DNA of 64,000 nucleotides. It comes from a virus. This document shows, piece after piece, positions 1-8,941 of the stretch. A program made the position numbers and the translations under genes. How positions within the stretch are numbered: position 1 is the first letter of the stretch; each line of letters starts with the position of its first letter. The stretch covers positions 1-64,000 of the IMG/VR virus record IMGVR_UViG_3300017991_000072, one strand, 5' to 3'. The notes beneath the pieces were generated by a model, which searched no databases, was not told where the DNA came from, and was given only the letters and a program-made list of their open reading frames with translations.

Positions 1-227
1 ATGGGGATGTATCTGTCCCTGTTGTCCAGCTCCTCCCCGCCGTCAATGACCCCCACGATGGGTTCAGAGACCACCAGGTCAAACCGATAATGGCCGCCGC
101 CCACTTCAGCTATGGTTGGGGGTGTGACATCCAGCCCTGTGGACGCCACCTTCAAGGACTCGAATTCTGGCGTCAAGCTTTCCCTTGGAACGCCAGCGTG
201 TTGGAAGTAGACTGTGTATTGGCTCAT
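1..227 (-). CDS. Hypothetical virion/tail-region protein, truncated by window edge
   Basis: ATG at 227 overlaps the stop of 224..544 (ATGA coupling); begins MSQYTVYFQHAGVPRESL and runs toward the window edge. Confidence 0.55.
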   Translation of the reverse strand, partial: MSQYTVYFQHAGVPRESLTPEFESLKVASTGLDVTPPTIAEVGGGHYRFDLVVSEPIVGVIDGGEELDNRDRYIP

Positions 228-544
228 GTGAAACCCCTTCTGGTTCTCCAAGGGCTACCGCCCTGGTTCGTTCCTTGTCCTTCCCAGGCCCCTGGTGGCT
301 TCCCAAGCCTGGACAGGGGGCCTCTGTAGCCGTTCACGTCAAAGCCAAGGATAGCGTGAACGTGTTGACGGTTCCCGAAGACCTCCCACTGGCCCATCAT
401 GGCCACCCTATACTTGGCCACTACCGCGTGGGTCCCTGTCAGGTGGACGTAGTATCTCCGCCCGGTCAAGAGGCCCAAGGGAGTCATGGTCTTCCCCGGA
501 ACCGTGGAGAACCCAAAAGGAGTCAGTGTGACTTGGTCTTCCAT
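224..544 (-). CDS. Hypothetical tail-region protein
   Basis: Abuts 545..2122 and is coupled to the next ORF. Confidence 0.6.
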   Translation of the reverse strand: MEDQVTLTPFGFSTVPGKTMTPLGLLTGRRYYVHLTGTHAVVAKYRVAMMGQWEVFGNRQHVHAILGFDVNGYRGPLSRLGKPPGAWEGQGTNQGGSPWRTRRGFT

Positions 545-2122
545 CTATCCCGCCATCCTTGGAATAGGGTCAATGTAGATGACCTTGGCCCCAGAGAAGG
601 CCGCCAAGATCAGCCTGATAGGGACGCGAAGGTTCACAGGGTCAGTGTGTATAGCCGGTAGTGGAGCGTAGAGGACAAAAGGCGTCAATGATCCCTGGTT
701 CTCCCAGGTTGATGTCAGATCGTCCTCCAAGGGGGTGATCTCCCAAGCGGGGTTCAGAACTGACCTGGTGGCGAAGGTGAACCGCTTACCTTGAAGACCA
801 AAGCCTGAAGCGTCCCCGCTGTCAGTCTCCGCCCATAGTGTCCTCTGGTTCAGCGTAGCTGAACTCCATCCTTCGTGAAGCCCGTGGATGGCAAAGAACC
901 CGAAGGAACTAGGCTCCTGGTCCACGTAGGTGACCTCCAGCCCCCACATGTTGACTACCAGCCGTGGACACCAGTTGGGTCCGAAGGTGTTAGGCTCCAG
1001 CTTGTAGGAGATGGGGTAGGACCCATGTCTGTAGATCGTTGTGTCCGCCGTGATCTGGCCGCCCCATTGCCAGGACTTGTAGGCCGTGGGGTCCCCGTTG
1101 TATTCAGACATGTTCAGCATAGGGAAGGAGTCAGGCAAGAAGCCCCCTGACACAGGGTCAAAGTGAACCGTTTCATGGCTCAGTTCCAGATGTCTACAGT
1201 TCACTATCCCCGCGCTGTGGACGCCGCCCCGTTCCCAGTCAACCCGAAGGTCCGCCGTTGATCCATTCAGCCAAGAGTCATCCAGGCTGACGGGTCCGGT
1301 ACAGTTGACCAGGTTCACTCCGTAGGCGTGGGTCCCTACTATCCCCACGTTGGCCATCTTGATCATGGAGCATCTGTCAAACTCTATCCCGGGAAGGTCT
1401 GACGCTGTCAGCTCTATAGCGCCGGACTCGCTGATCCAGAACGGATCCGCTCCTGATGGGCTGTAGCATCCATAGACGTAGACACCGTAGCTCCACTTGA
1501 TGGACAGGGACTTGTTAGCCCCTCCGTCATCCCGCTGAAAGGAGCAGAAATTGAACAGAAGGTCCCTGGCTCCGGTAACTTCCACAGGCCCGTAGAAGTC
1601 ACAATGTCTGAAGGTGTTCTGGTAGGGGGTCTGTCCTGGCGGATCTCCCAACAGCTCCAGGGTCCCTTCAAATCTACAGTTTTCAAAGTCAGCTCTGAAC
1701 TGGCCCCAGTCACCGTAGGCGTCCCCTGTGACGTTGATCCTGTGGAACCTCTGGTTGGACCCATAGGTCAGAAGGGCTATGTCAGCGTAGTCATAGGTCA
1801 GCGTGTCAGGGTCCCAGTCCGTCCTTGGATCAGGAGAAGGGCCGCCTGTCCCTGGCCGTGTGTCGTAGTATTCGTCCCCGCTTTCTGGCCACCCTATCCA
1901 GGCTACCTTCCCGTCATAGTATTGGAGGAGCATGGCGTTACCGGAGACCCCTGTTCCCACGCGCCTGATCCAGACCTTGTCTCCGCTGGACAAAGCGTTA
2001 ATGATCTCAGTTTCACGCCCCGTCACAGCGTTCCAACATCCTGGAGCGCCTTCTGAAGCCGCGTGGGTGTGGGCCGTCCCGTCACCGAATTCCGCCGCCG
2101 TGAAGTCTATGAAATAATCCAT
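545..2122 (-). CDS. Tail spike/fibre-like protein with right-handed beta-helix (pectin-lyase-like) repeats
   Basis: Repeated FENCRF/FRHCDF/FNFCSF/FDRCS rungs; GGAGA SD; position in distal tail module. Confidence 0.6.
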   Translation of the reverse strand: MDYFIDFTAAEFGDGTAHTHAASEGAPGCWNAVTGRETEIINALSSGDKVWIRRVGTGVSGNAMLLQYYDGKVAWIGWPESGDEYYDTRPGTGGPSPDPRTDWDPDTLTYDYADIALLTYGSNQRFHRINVTGDAYGDWGQFRADFENCRFEGTLELLGDPPGQTPYQNTFRHCDFYGPVEVTGARDLLFNFCSFQRDDGGANKSLSIKWSYGVYVYGCYSPSGADPFWISESGAIELTASDLPGIEFDRCSMIKMANVGIVGTHAYGVNLVNCTGPVSLDDSWLNGSTADLRVDWERGGVHSAGIVNCRHLELSHETVHFDPVSGGFLPDSFPMLNMSEYNGDPTAYKSWQWGGQITADTTIYRHGSYPISYKLEPNTFGPNWCPRLVVNMWGLEVTYVDQEPSSFGFFAIHGLHEGWSSATLNQRTLWAETDSGDASGFGLQGKRFTFATRSVLNPAWEITPLEDDLTSTWENQGSLTPFVLYAPLPAIHTDPVNLRVPIRLILAAFSGAKVIYIDPIPRMAG

Positions 2123-2130
2123 GGTCTCCC

Positions 2131-3144
2131 CTATGCGTCAAGGCCCAACCTGACCGTGAACTTCTGGGCCGTGATGGGCCTGGCGGAAGGATTGATGATC
2201 CGCTTGACCCATATTCCGTATTTGTTCGTGTCTACGTCAGGAGTCACAGGGTCCAGGTGGCCAAGGGACAGCTTGGTGGACTGGGTGGCGTAGGAGAAGG
2301 CTATCAGCGGAGATGATGGTGGCGCGTCCTCCGAAGGGATGATCTGAATGGCTCCGCCGCTGACAGGCTCTATCCCAATCTCCACAGGGGCTCTGTAGGT
2401 GATGGCGTGGCCCGCTATCCCCGCCGCCGGTGTGGTCCCCTTGGCCCCGCGCCCAACAGACGGAATGATCAGGTTGATCCCGTCTGAAGCCTTGGCCGCG
2501 AAGTAGAGCCATTCCCCTGTGACTTCGTTCTGGACAAAGCCGTTCAGGGGGTATTCAGCGGAGTCTCCCACGTTCAGGTAGAAAGCCCCAGAGGAGTCAT
2601 AGTCAACCCCAAGGACTGAAGAAGGAACGTCAGACGTGTCAATGTAGACTATCACGTTGGTCATGATGTCCACGCCCGTGTTCTTGACGATGAAGCCCCT
2701 ATACTCCGTGTCCCCTACTTCACTTTCATCCGCGTCCACATCGTCAAACAAGACGTTTGACAGGTAGGCCATGTTGATGTCCTGGTCCTCCGAAGCTATC
2801 GGAAGACTGGCCTCCACCACAGCCAGAAGGACGTATTTGGACTCCACGATCCCATCAGAGACCTTGTAGACTCCGTCCCCTGTCAGGGAGACCTCCAGCC
2901 CAAAGTCCCCGCCAGGAGCCTTCCACTGGACCGTGGGGGTGGCCGCGTAGTTATAGCGGAGCGTCCCATAGGGGTAGGTCTGAAGATCGTAGGCGTTCAG
3001 CGCCGCCACGTCCTGAAGCGTGATCCCAGAGATGGCTGAAGGGTCCCAGGAAATCATGTCCTGGTTTTCTATGGCTGTTGGGGTGATGGGTCCTCCCAAG
3101 CCGCCCGCCGTCCGATACAGAACAAGGTCTTCTGGCTGTGCCAT
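2131..3144 (-). CDS. Tail tip/minor tail protein
   Basis: GLGGPI, LFDDV..E..GDTEYR and GIWVKR motifs resemble phage minor tail proteins; AGGAGG SD. Confidence 0.6.
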   Translation of the reverse strand: MAQPEDLVLYRTAGGLGGPITPTAIENQDMISWDPSAISGITLQDVAALNAYDLQTYPYGTLRYNYAATPTVQWKAPGGDFGLEVSLTGDGVYKVSDGIVESKYVLLAVVEASLPIASEDQDINMAYLSNVLFDDVDADESEVGDTEYRGFIVKNTGVDIMTNVIVYIDTSDVPSSVLGVDYDSSGAFYLNVGDSAEYPLNGFVQNEVTGEWLYFAAKASDGINLIIPSVGRGAKGTTPAAGIAGHAITYRAPVEIGIEPVSGGAIQIIPSEDAPPSSPLIAFSYATQSTKLSLGHLDPVTPDVDTNKYGIWVKRIINPSARPITAQKFTVRLGLDA

Positions 3145-3153
3145 GATAGCCTC

Positions 3154-5652
3154 CTAAATTGTTCTAAGCTGTCCGCCTGTTTCGTCACAGTAGGACTGAA
3201 GCGTTGACTGGTGTCCTGACCAATACCTGTAGAGACAGTATAGCTTAATGTTCCCCGCTTTGGCTCTGGAGAACGGGCTCCAGTAGCCGTCCGTGTAGTA
3301 TTCTTGGTAGGCGTCCGTGTAGGCGTTGTCAATCCCCCAGTGTCCGTAGCCTTGCCCGAACGGAACTATCCAGGATATTGGGGTGATCCCAACACAGTAG
3401 CACTCCCCGTTGTAGGAACTGTATGGGATTTCATCCGTGAATTCATCGTTGATCGTCAGGCCCCTGACGTTGATCATGTCATGGAGGAACCCGCCTGGGG
3501 CCGTGTTCTCCCAGTAGAAGATGTTCATGTCTGGGGGGTCTGGGCCTGGCCTCTGGTATCCCCAGAAATTCTCTATCTTGTCCTGGATCTCTCCGCTGTT
3601 CCAGGTAGTCTTGGCGTAGTTATGGTAGCCATACCAGGGCTCCCCGAAGTAGGCCGCTATGAACACGTCTTCCTTCCCCTCCAGAAGGCTGTCCAAGTTA
3701 CTGATGGCGGAACTGACCAGCCAGTTGGCCACGTTGACGTTATCCTCCACATCCCGTAGTTCAGAGACCACGTAGCGGTAGACCATACAGTCAGGGGAAA
3801 AGTAGATCCTGATGTGGCTGTCATTCACGTTCATGGGGATCAGTTCATCAAAGGAGATGTCCCTGGGGCCGCTGATGATCCTGTGGTAGGTCTCCATCTC
3901 CCCGTAGCTGTTCTCCCATTCAAACGTCTGATGTTCTACGGCTGACCCTATCTCTTCCAAGGACTCCGCCCACCCTACTTCTTCTTCCTCTTCTTCCGCT
4001 TCTGGGTCCTCCTCCGCGTAGGGGTCAGAGATCTCCCTGTTGAATGGGACGCCTTCATCAGGGCTGATGTTCCCCCACAGCCGCCCGCTGTTGTATTTCC
4101 AGTCCAGGTATTCATGGAGAGAAGTGATGGTAGTGGCCTTCAGCGTGGTGGCGTAGTTAGGGCCAGCCATGGTCAGACACCCTTGGTCAATCATGTCCAA
4201 GATACATTCCCTGGCTTCCCTGAAGTAGTCTCTGAAGTTACACTGACACTGACGAAGATGGGGGACCCCCTCCCAAGATGAAGCCTGTGGTCCGTCAAAG
4301 GTGAAGTCCGTCTTGTCTCCGGTGAAGAACTCTACCTTCCTGGCCGCCCATCTGTCATGGGCTGGAGTGAAGCCGTGTCTGGCCCTGATCTTGACCTTGG
4401 AGAACCCGTCAGGGGCCATCACGATGTAGTGGGACAGAGGGTTGATCCCATAGTCTGACAGGATAGCGGGGTTTATCCCCTGGTTCTGGGAGATGGAGTA
4501 GCCGTCCAGCTCATATAGCGGGGTGGGTTCAAACCTGTACCATAAGGGGTGAACATCCGTGTCCCTACTGTTCTGGTTGAAGACAAAGTCATTGAAGGTT
4601 TCCGTGGAGAAGGTCTCCGCCAGGAACTCCCCGTTCTGTGGCATGTGGGGGTCATTCCCTACCACGCCTGAAAGGGGGTACTTTGGATCTTCCGTCAGCC
4701 TCCAGAACTGTCTCCGTTCTCCCTGGTACTTCTTGAACCCTACGTGGAAGATGAAGGTGTTCTGGCGTGGGGTGAACGGAAGCTTGAACACCAGCTTCTT
4801 CCCTGAATTCTGGCCTTCCAGCGTGTAGACGTTGACCCGCTGTTCCCCTTCAGTTATCTGGACCTCCTGGAAGTAGGCCGTCCTCCCTTCCACTAGGCCA
4901 TGGTAGCCTCCGCTGTAGCTTCCGCCCCAGTCCTTCCACATGGGGTCATCTTGAACAGGGCTACTGTAGGGGACGTAGCGTTCCGTCTCCACAAGGCTTC
5001 CCATAGTGTCCAGGTTGAACCGTTCAGACGCCGCCACAAAATGACGCCACTGTCCGTCAACCTTGGCCCGCGTGTAGAACACAAGCCCTTCCCAAATGTT
5101 AGGGAAGTCACCTTCCAGCCCAAGAACGTCCATTTCATAAGGAACGCCCATGGAAGCGTCAAAGAACTTAGGATGTCCGTTTCCTGGGTGGGCCACATAC
5201 TGGCAAAGGAACGGAACAGAGTAGACTTCCAGCCCTGGGGTGATGTAGCCGTAGGAAGGGCCTGACCCGTGTGTTGGGCTATGCTGAAAAGGGACCACTT
5301 CCAGAATGGCCAGCCTGGAGGAATTGAACCCTAAACCAAAGAAGTCACTGACGAACTTTGAAAAGGAGGACCGTTTACAGTAGTCTAGCCTCCCCGTCTT
5401 CCCCAGGTACAGATGGAAGTCCCAGTCTTCCAGGCCGTTGAAGAACCTGATGTCATTGTGGTAGGTGAAGATCTGGGCAAAATGGCCGTCCCACATGGGG
5501 ACGTTAGCCTGGCCCCACTTGTCGTTGATGTATTGCCAGGTGGTGTCTTCAGGTTCGTAGACCGTGGGAGCGTACCTGTTATCCGGCCAGAAATGGTCCT
5601 GGCGTTCGTTCCGCTTGAAGAAGATGTGATGTGGAAGGAAGACGTATCCCAT
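3154..5652 (-). CDS. Large hypothetical virion protein (832 aa, aromatic-rich)
   Basis: Long ORF, TGATG-coupled to upstream gene, within tail module. Confidence 0.65.
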   Translation of the reverse strand: MGYVFLPHHIFFKRNERQDHFWPDNRYAPTVYEPEDTTWQYINDKWGQANVPMWDGHFAQIFTYHNDIRFFNGLEDWDFHLYLGKTGRLDYCKRSSFSKFVSDFFGLGFNSSRLAILEVVPFQHSPTHGSGPSYGYITPGLEVYSVPFLCQYVAHPGNGHPKFFDASMGVPYEMDVLGLEGDFPNIWEGLVFYTRAKVDGQWRHFVAASERFNLDTMGSLVETERYVPYSSPVQDDPMWKDWGGSYSGGYHGLVEGRTAYFQEVQITEGEQRVNVYTLEGQNSGKKLVFKLPFTPRQNTFIFHVGFKKYQGERRQFWRLTEDPKYPLSGVVGNDPHMPQNGEFLAETFSTETFNDFVFNQNSRDTDVHPLWYRFEPTPLYELDGYSISQNQGINPAILSDYGINPLSHYIVMAPDGFSKVKIRARHGFTPAHDRWAARKVEFFTGDKTDFTFDGPQASSWEGVPHLRQCQCNFRDYFREARECILDMIDQGCLTMAGPNYATTLKATTITSLHEYLDWKYNSGRLWGNISPDEGVPFNREISDPYAEEDPEAEEEEEEVGWAESLEEIGSAVEHQTFEWENSYGEMETYHRIISGPRDISFDELIPMNVNDSHIRIYFSPDCMVYRYVVSELRDVEDNVNVANWLVSSAISNLDSLLEGKEDVFIAAYFGEPWYGYHNYAKTTWNSGEIQDKIENFWGYQRPGPDPPDMNIFYWENTAPGGFLHDMINVRGLTINDEFTDEIPYSSYNGECYCVGITPISWIVPFGQGYGHWGIDNAYTDAYQEYYTDGYWSPFSRAKAGNIKLYCLYRYWSGHQSTLQSYCDETGGQLRTI

Positions 5653-6452
5653 CAGGTGTCATCCAATTCTGTCCCGTAGGCCAAGAACCTGGGAACTCCA
5701 GCCTGTACGGACGCGCCAAGATGGATCAATAGCTGACCCCTGGCTTCTCCTTCAGGTGTCCTGTGAACTCCTATGGCTCCCAGGTTATTGGCACAATAGG
5801 CCGTCCCGCTGGTCTCTACCACAAACGTGTCAGGCTTTGGGTAGACTGACAGCCCCGCCTGAACATAGGACCCAGAGTCTCCCTCCGTCACTTCATCCGT
5901 ATAGGCGTAACACAGCCCTGTCAACTGGACAAGCCAGAGCCCGTTTTCAAGCTTCCCTGTCACTATCCCCATGGGTCTGTGAGTCGTCAAGAGATACTGA
6001 TGATATTCTCCGTCACTTTCAAAGTCTTCACGGTTCTGGAACTGGAACTGGGAACAGGAAGGGATCCCCTCCCCGCTGACCCCAAACCCCACCACCACAG
6101 CCGCGTAGGCTGGAAGCGTGGTTTCATCTCCCGCGTATTCACAGGCCGCGTAGACAGGGGGACCCCATCCGTGGTTATGCTTCCCGTATAGGTGGGGAAT
6201 GAACGGGAGCATGATCTGACCTTCCCGTCCAATCAGGTTCCCGCCCACCAGCTCCGTGGCCAGCTCTATGAACCCCTGGTCTGTGATGGCTACCGCTTTC
6301 CCGCCTTCATAGACCACCTGGGCCTCCGTGGTGGCCGGGTTCTTGGTGGCCCACTCTACCGCCTTGATCCCCCTCCCGAAATTCAGATTAGTCCGCCCCT
6401 TGGAGTCAGACTTTCCGGAGAACATGGCTATGATCCTGTCCCGTAACATCAT
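5652..6452 (-). CDS. Hypothetical tail protein
   Basis: AGGAGG SD, coupled to neighbours. Confidence 0.6.
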   Translation of the reverse strand: MMLRDRIIAMFSGKSDSKGRTNLNFGRGIKAVEWATKNPATTEAQVVYEGGKAVAITDQGFIELATELVGGNLIGREGQIMLPFIPHLYGKHNHGWGPPVYAACEYAGDETTLPAYAAVVVGFGVSGEGIPSCSQFQFQNREDFESDGEYHQYLLTTHRPMGIVTGKLENGLWLVQLTGLCYAYTDEVTEGDSGSYVQAGLSVYPKPDTFVVETSGTAYCANNLGAIGVHRTPEGEARGQLLIHLGASVQAGVPRFLAYGTELDDT

Positions 6453-6637
6453 GTCCTCCTTGTGATCTGTGGTGGCCTCCCAGTCTCTTCACTGGCCAAG
6501 ACCTTGACCACGGGGCCTTCCCTCTGGACCAGGATCTTCCCTGACATCTCCTCCTTGGAGATGATAACTGTGTTTCCGGTACAGATGAAAAGGCCGCGCT
6601 GTCCGTGCGTTGTGTGAACTTCAAACCTATCCTTCAA
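6449..6637 (-). CDS. Small hypothetical protein
   Basis: 4-bp overlaps on both sides. Confidence 0.45.
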   Translation of the reverse strand: MKDRFEVHTTHGQRGLFICTGNTVIISKEEMSGKILVQREGPVVKVLASEETGRPPQITRRT

Positions 6638-6831
6638 ATGATCACCATCTTGTGACCGCCCGCTATGGGGAGCGCCACACGATGGTTCCCCAGATGTCCC
6701 GCTTTTCCTGTTGGGCCAATGATCACAGCCATGTGACCGCCGCCTGTCAGGCCGTAGGACCTCTTCCGCTGAACAGTCATCCTTCTCTTCAGTGTTTCCG
6801 CTCTTGTGTCAAAAATGTGTCTTCTAGCCAT
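6634..6831 (-). CDS. Small basic hypothetical protein
   Basis: Fills the gap between tail genes with overlapping start/stop. Confidence 0.45.
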   Translation of the reverse strand: MARRHIFDTRAETLKRRMTVQRKRSYGLTGGGHMAVIIGPTGKAGHLGNHRVALPIAGGHKMVII

Positions 6832-8938
6832 CGTATCCCACTATGGTCAGCGTGGTGGTGGCGTTTCCTTCGCCATCGTACTGTTTAGACCACCCTTCCA
6901 CCTTGGCGTCATCTCCGTAGTCAATGGGTGGGAAGTCCCTCATGGCGTCCTGGATGGACCCAGTGATCTGGGTCCCCACAGGTACTTCATAGGCTCCCTT
7001 CAAGGTGACCGTGGTCCTGACTTCTATGGAGCCCTGGACCAAGCTGTTGGCCAGGTATTCCGCTATTTCATAGGCGTCATCCCAGTCTACCAATAACCCC
7101 AGGGAGACGGTAGCCATCCCCATGTCCGCGTCCCCTCCAGGAAGGTTCTGGTAGACCTTGATGGGCATGGTCCGCCGCTTGGACCAGGTGACTGGGACCT
7201 CCGCCGCCGGGATCTGGGTCAAGCTGGCCTGGGTCTTGAAGAGCGTGAAGACCTCCGTGTAGGCCCCTGTCTGGCCTGTTCTGTACGGGGGGACCAGATA
7301 CCTGGTGGGGTCCAGCTCTGACCTGTAGGTAGCCCTTTGGGCGTGTCTGTAGGACAGCTCCCTGTAGACATCCTGTTCTAGCCTGATCCTCCATAGGGGC
7401 TTGTCAGGTAGGAGCATGAACGGGACCGCCTCTGTCCTGTCTACGTCCTTCAGGGGGGTGAAGAAGATGGGTCCGCCCTGGTAGTTTGTGGTGAACCCTA
7501 GCTTCCCGTTTTCATCCCTCATGACTTGTTCCGTGAAGACCAGCCCCCATTCCTGGGTGACCACTTCCTGGAGCCGCCCGCCGTAGGTTTCGTCTTCATA
7601 GATGTGTTCTGTCTTCTCCAGGCTTCCTTTGTTCGTCCAGACTCCCGCATAGTTGAACTTCGTCCCTGGATCCACCAAGATGTCATCCGCTGACGTTCCT
7701 TCCGTGGGTATTTCATAGGCCATGGTCCTGGGGAACCCTGACGGAATGTAGAGGGTTTCGTCAGCCGCCGGGGCCGTGTCCGCGCTGAAGTATAGGTAGC
7801 GGAGCCGTTCCGTGTAGGTGGTGGTCAGTAGGGGCCTGTCAAACTCCACGCCCGTGTTCTGGTAGTTATTGACCACGAACTCCACGGACTCCAGCTTGTG
7901 TTTCTCCGGGCTGACGTTCAGCGTGGGCCTTGACGTGTAGACGTTGTATTGTAGGTTCTCCACGTCTCCTATGGAATTTACCGCCAGGGGTTCCCATCTC
8001 TTGTAGACCTCCGTCCACTGATACGTCAGATGGGACACGTCCCCAAAGGGGGTCTTGGCGAATAGCTGATAGACCAGGGTCAACTGGCTGTTGTCAGACG
8101 TGACGGACCACTTCTCTTCCCATCCGCCTGGGCTGGTCACTTGCCAGTATTTCCCGTAGAAGTAGACCTGTTTGGCGGAGGAGGCCCCGCCTTCCCATGG
8201 TCCGTCCCACTCCGTCTCCTTGAACTGTCCTTCTCCGCCCGTGACCTTCAGCTCTGAAGGATAGGCCACAAAGGCCCGCTGACTGGAGATGGTCTCCGCG
8301 TCCGTCAGACTAAGGGACCCTGAAGACGTAGCTGAAGACGCCTTCCCGTAGACGTAGATGGTGTTCCCGTTGACCGTGACCTGGGGGTCCAAGGCTGTCA
8401 GACCTGAAAAGATGTTCTGAAACAGGGGCTCCCCTTCTTGGATCTGGAACTGTTGGACCCAGAAATTGGGGAGGGAATACCAAAGGTTCAGCCCCAGAAC
8501 CTTGGAAAGGGCTGATCTAAGGATGTCCTTCATGGTCCAGCCGCCAACCCCAAAGTCATCCGCCTCCTTCAGGTAGATCTCCGTGTTGTCATCCGTGTCA
8601 TTCTTCATGTCTTCCCAGAACGTCCGTGGGGCTGACACATATAGGTAGTTCTGGGCTGGAGCCTTCAAGATCAGGTTGGACATCCAGTCACGGAAATTCA
8701 CCGTTGTGGATGGTTCGCCTTCTATCCCCTGGCTCTGAAGGTTGACATCTATGACCCGTCCACGGACGCCGTCCAGCGTGGTCTCTTCCCCCGCTTCGTA
8801 GCCCGTGTAGATCCCCTCCAGGTCCAGAGTGATCCGTTCAGACAGGTCTCCTACAGACCTGGCGAAGGTCACGGACTTGACGCGCCCTGACGCCCCTGGG
8901 CTGGCTGAAACTGACTTTTTAGTGTCTATGTATCTCAT
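6824..8938 (-). CDS. Tail tip/hub-like protein
   Basis: 704 aa immediately downstream of tape measure; beta-rich. Confidence 0.55.
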   Translation of the reverse strand: MRYIDTKKSVSASPGASGRVKSVTFARSVGDLSERITLDLEGIYTGYEAGEETTLDGVRGRVIDVNLQSQGIEGEPSTTVNFRDWMSNLILKAPAQNYLYVSAPRTFWEDMKNDTDDNTEIYLKEADDFGVGGWTMKDILRSALSKVLGLNLWYSLPNFWVQQFQIQEGEPLFQNIFSGLTALDPQVTVNGNTIYVYGKASSATSSGSLSLTDAETISSQRAFVAYPSELKVTGGEGQFKETEWDGPWEGGASSAKQVYFYGKYWQVTSPGGWEEKWSVTSDNSQLTLVYQLFAKTPFGDVSHLTYQWTEVYKRWEPLAVNSIGDVENLQYNVYTSRPTLNVSPEKHKLESVEFVVNNYQNTGVEFDRPLLTTTYTERLRYLYFSADTAPAADETLYIPSGFPRTMAYEIPTEGTSADDILVDPGTKFNYAGVWTNKGSLEKTEHIYEDETYGGRLQEVVTQEWGLVFTEQVMRDENGKLGFTTNYQGGPIFFTPLKDVDRTEAVPFMLLPDKPLWRIRLEQDVYRELSYRHAQRATYRSELDPTRYLVPPYRTGQTGAYTEVFTLFKTQASLTQIPAAEVPVTWSKRRTMPIKVYQNLPGGDADMGMATVSLGLLVDWDDAYEIAEYLANSLVQGSIEVRTTVTLKGAYEVPVGTQITGSIQDAMRDFPPIDYGDDAKVEGWSKQYDGEGNATTTLTIVGYDG

Positions 8939-8941
8939 GAC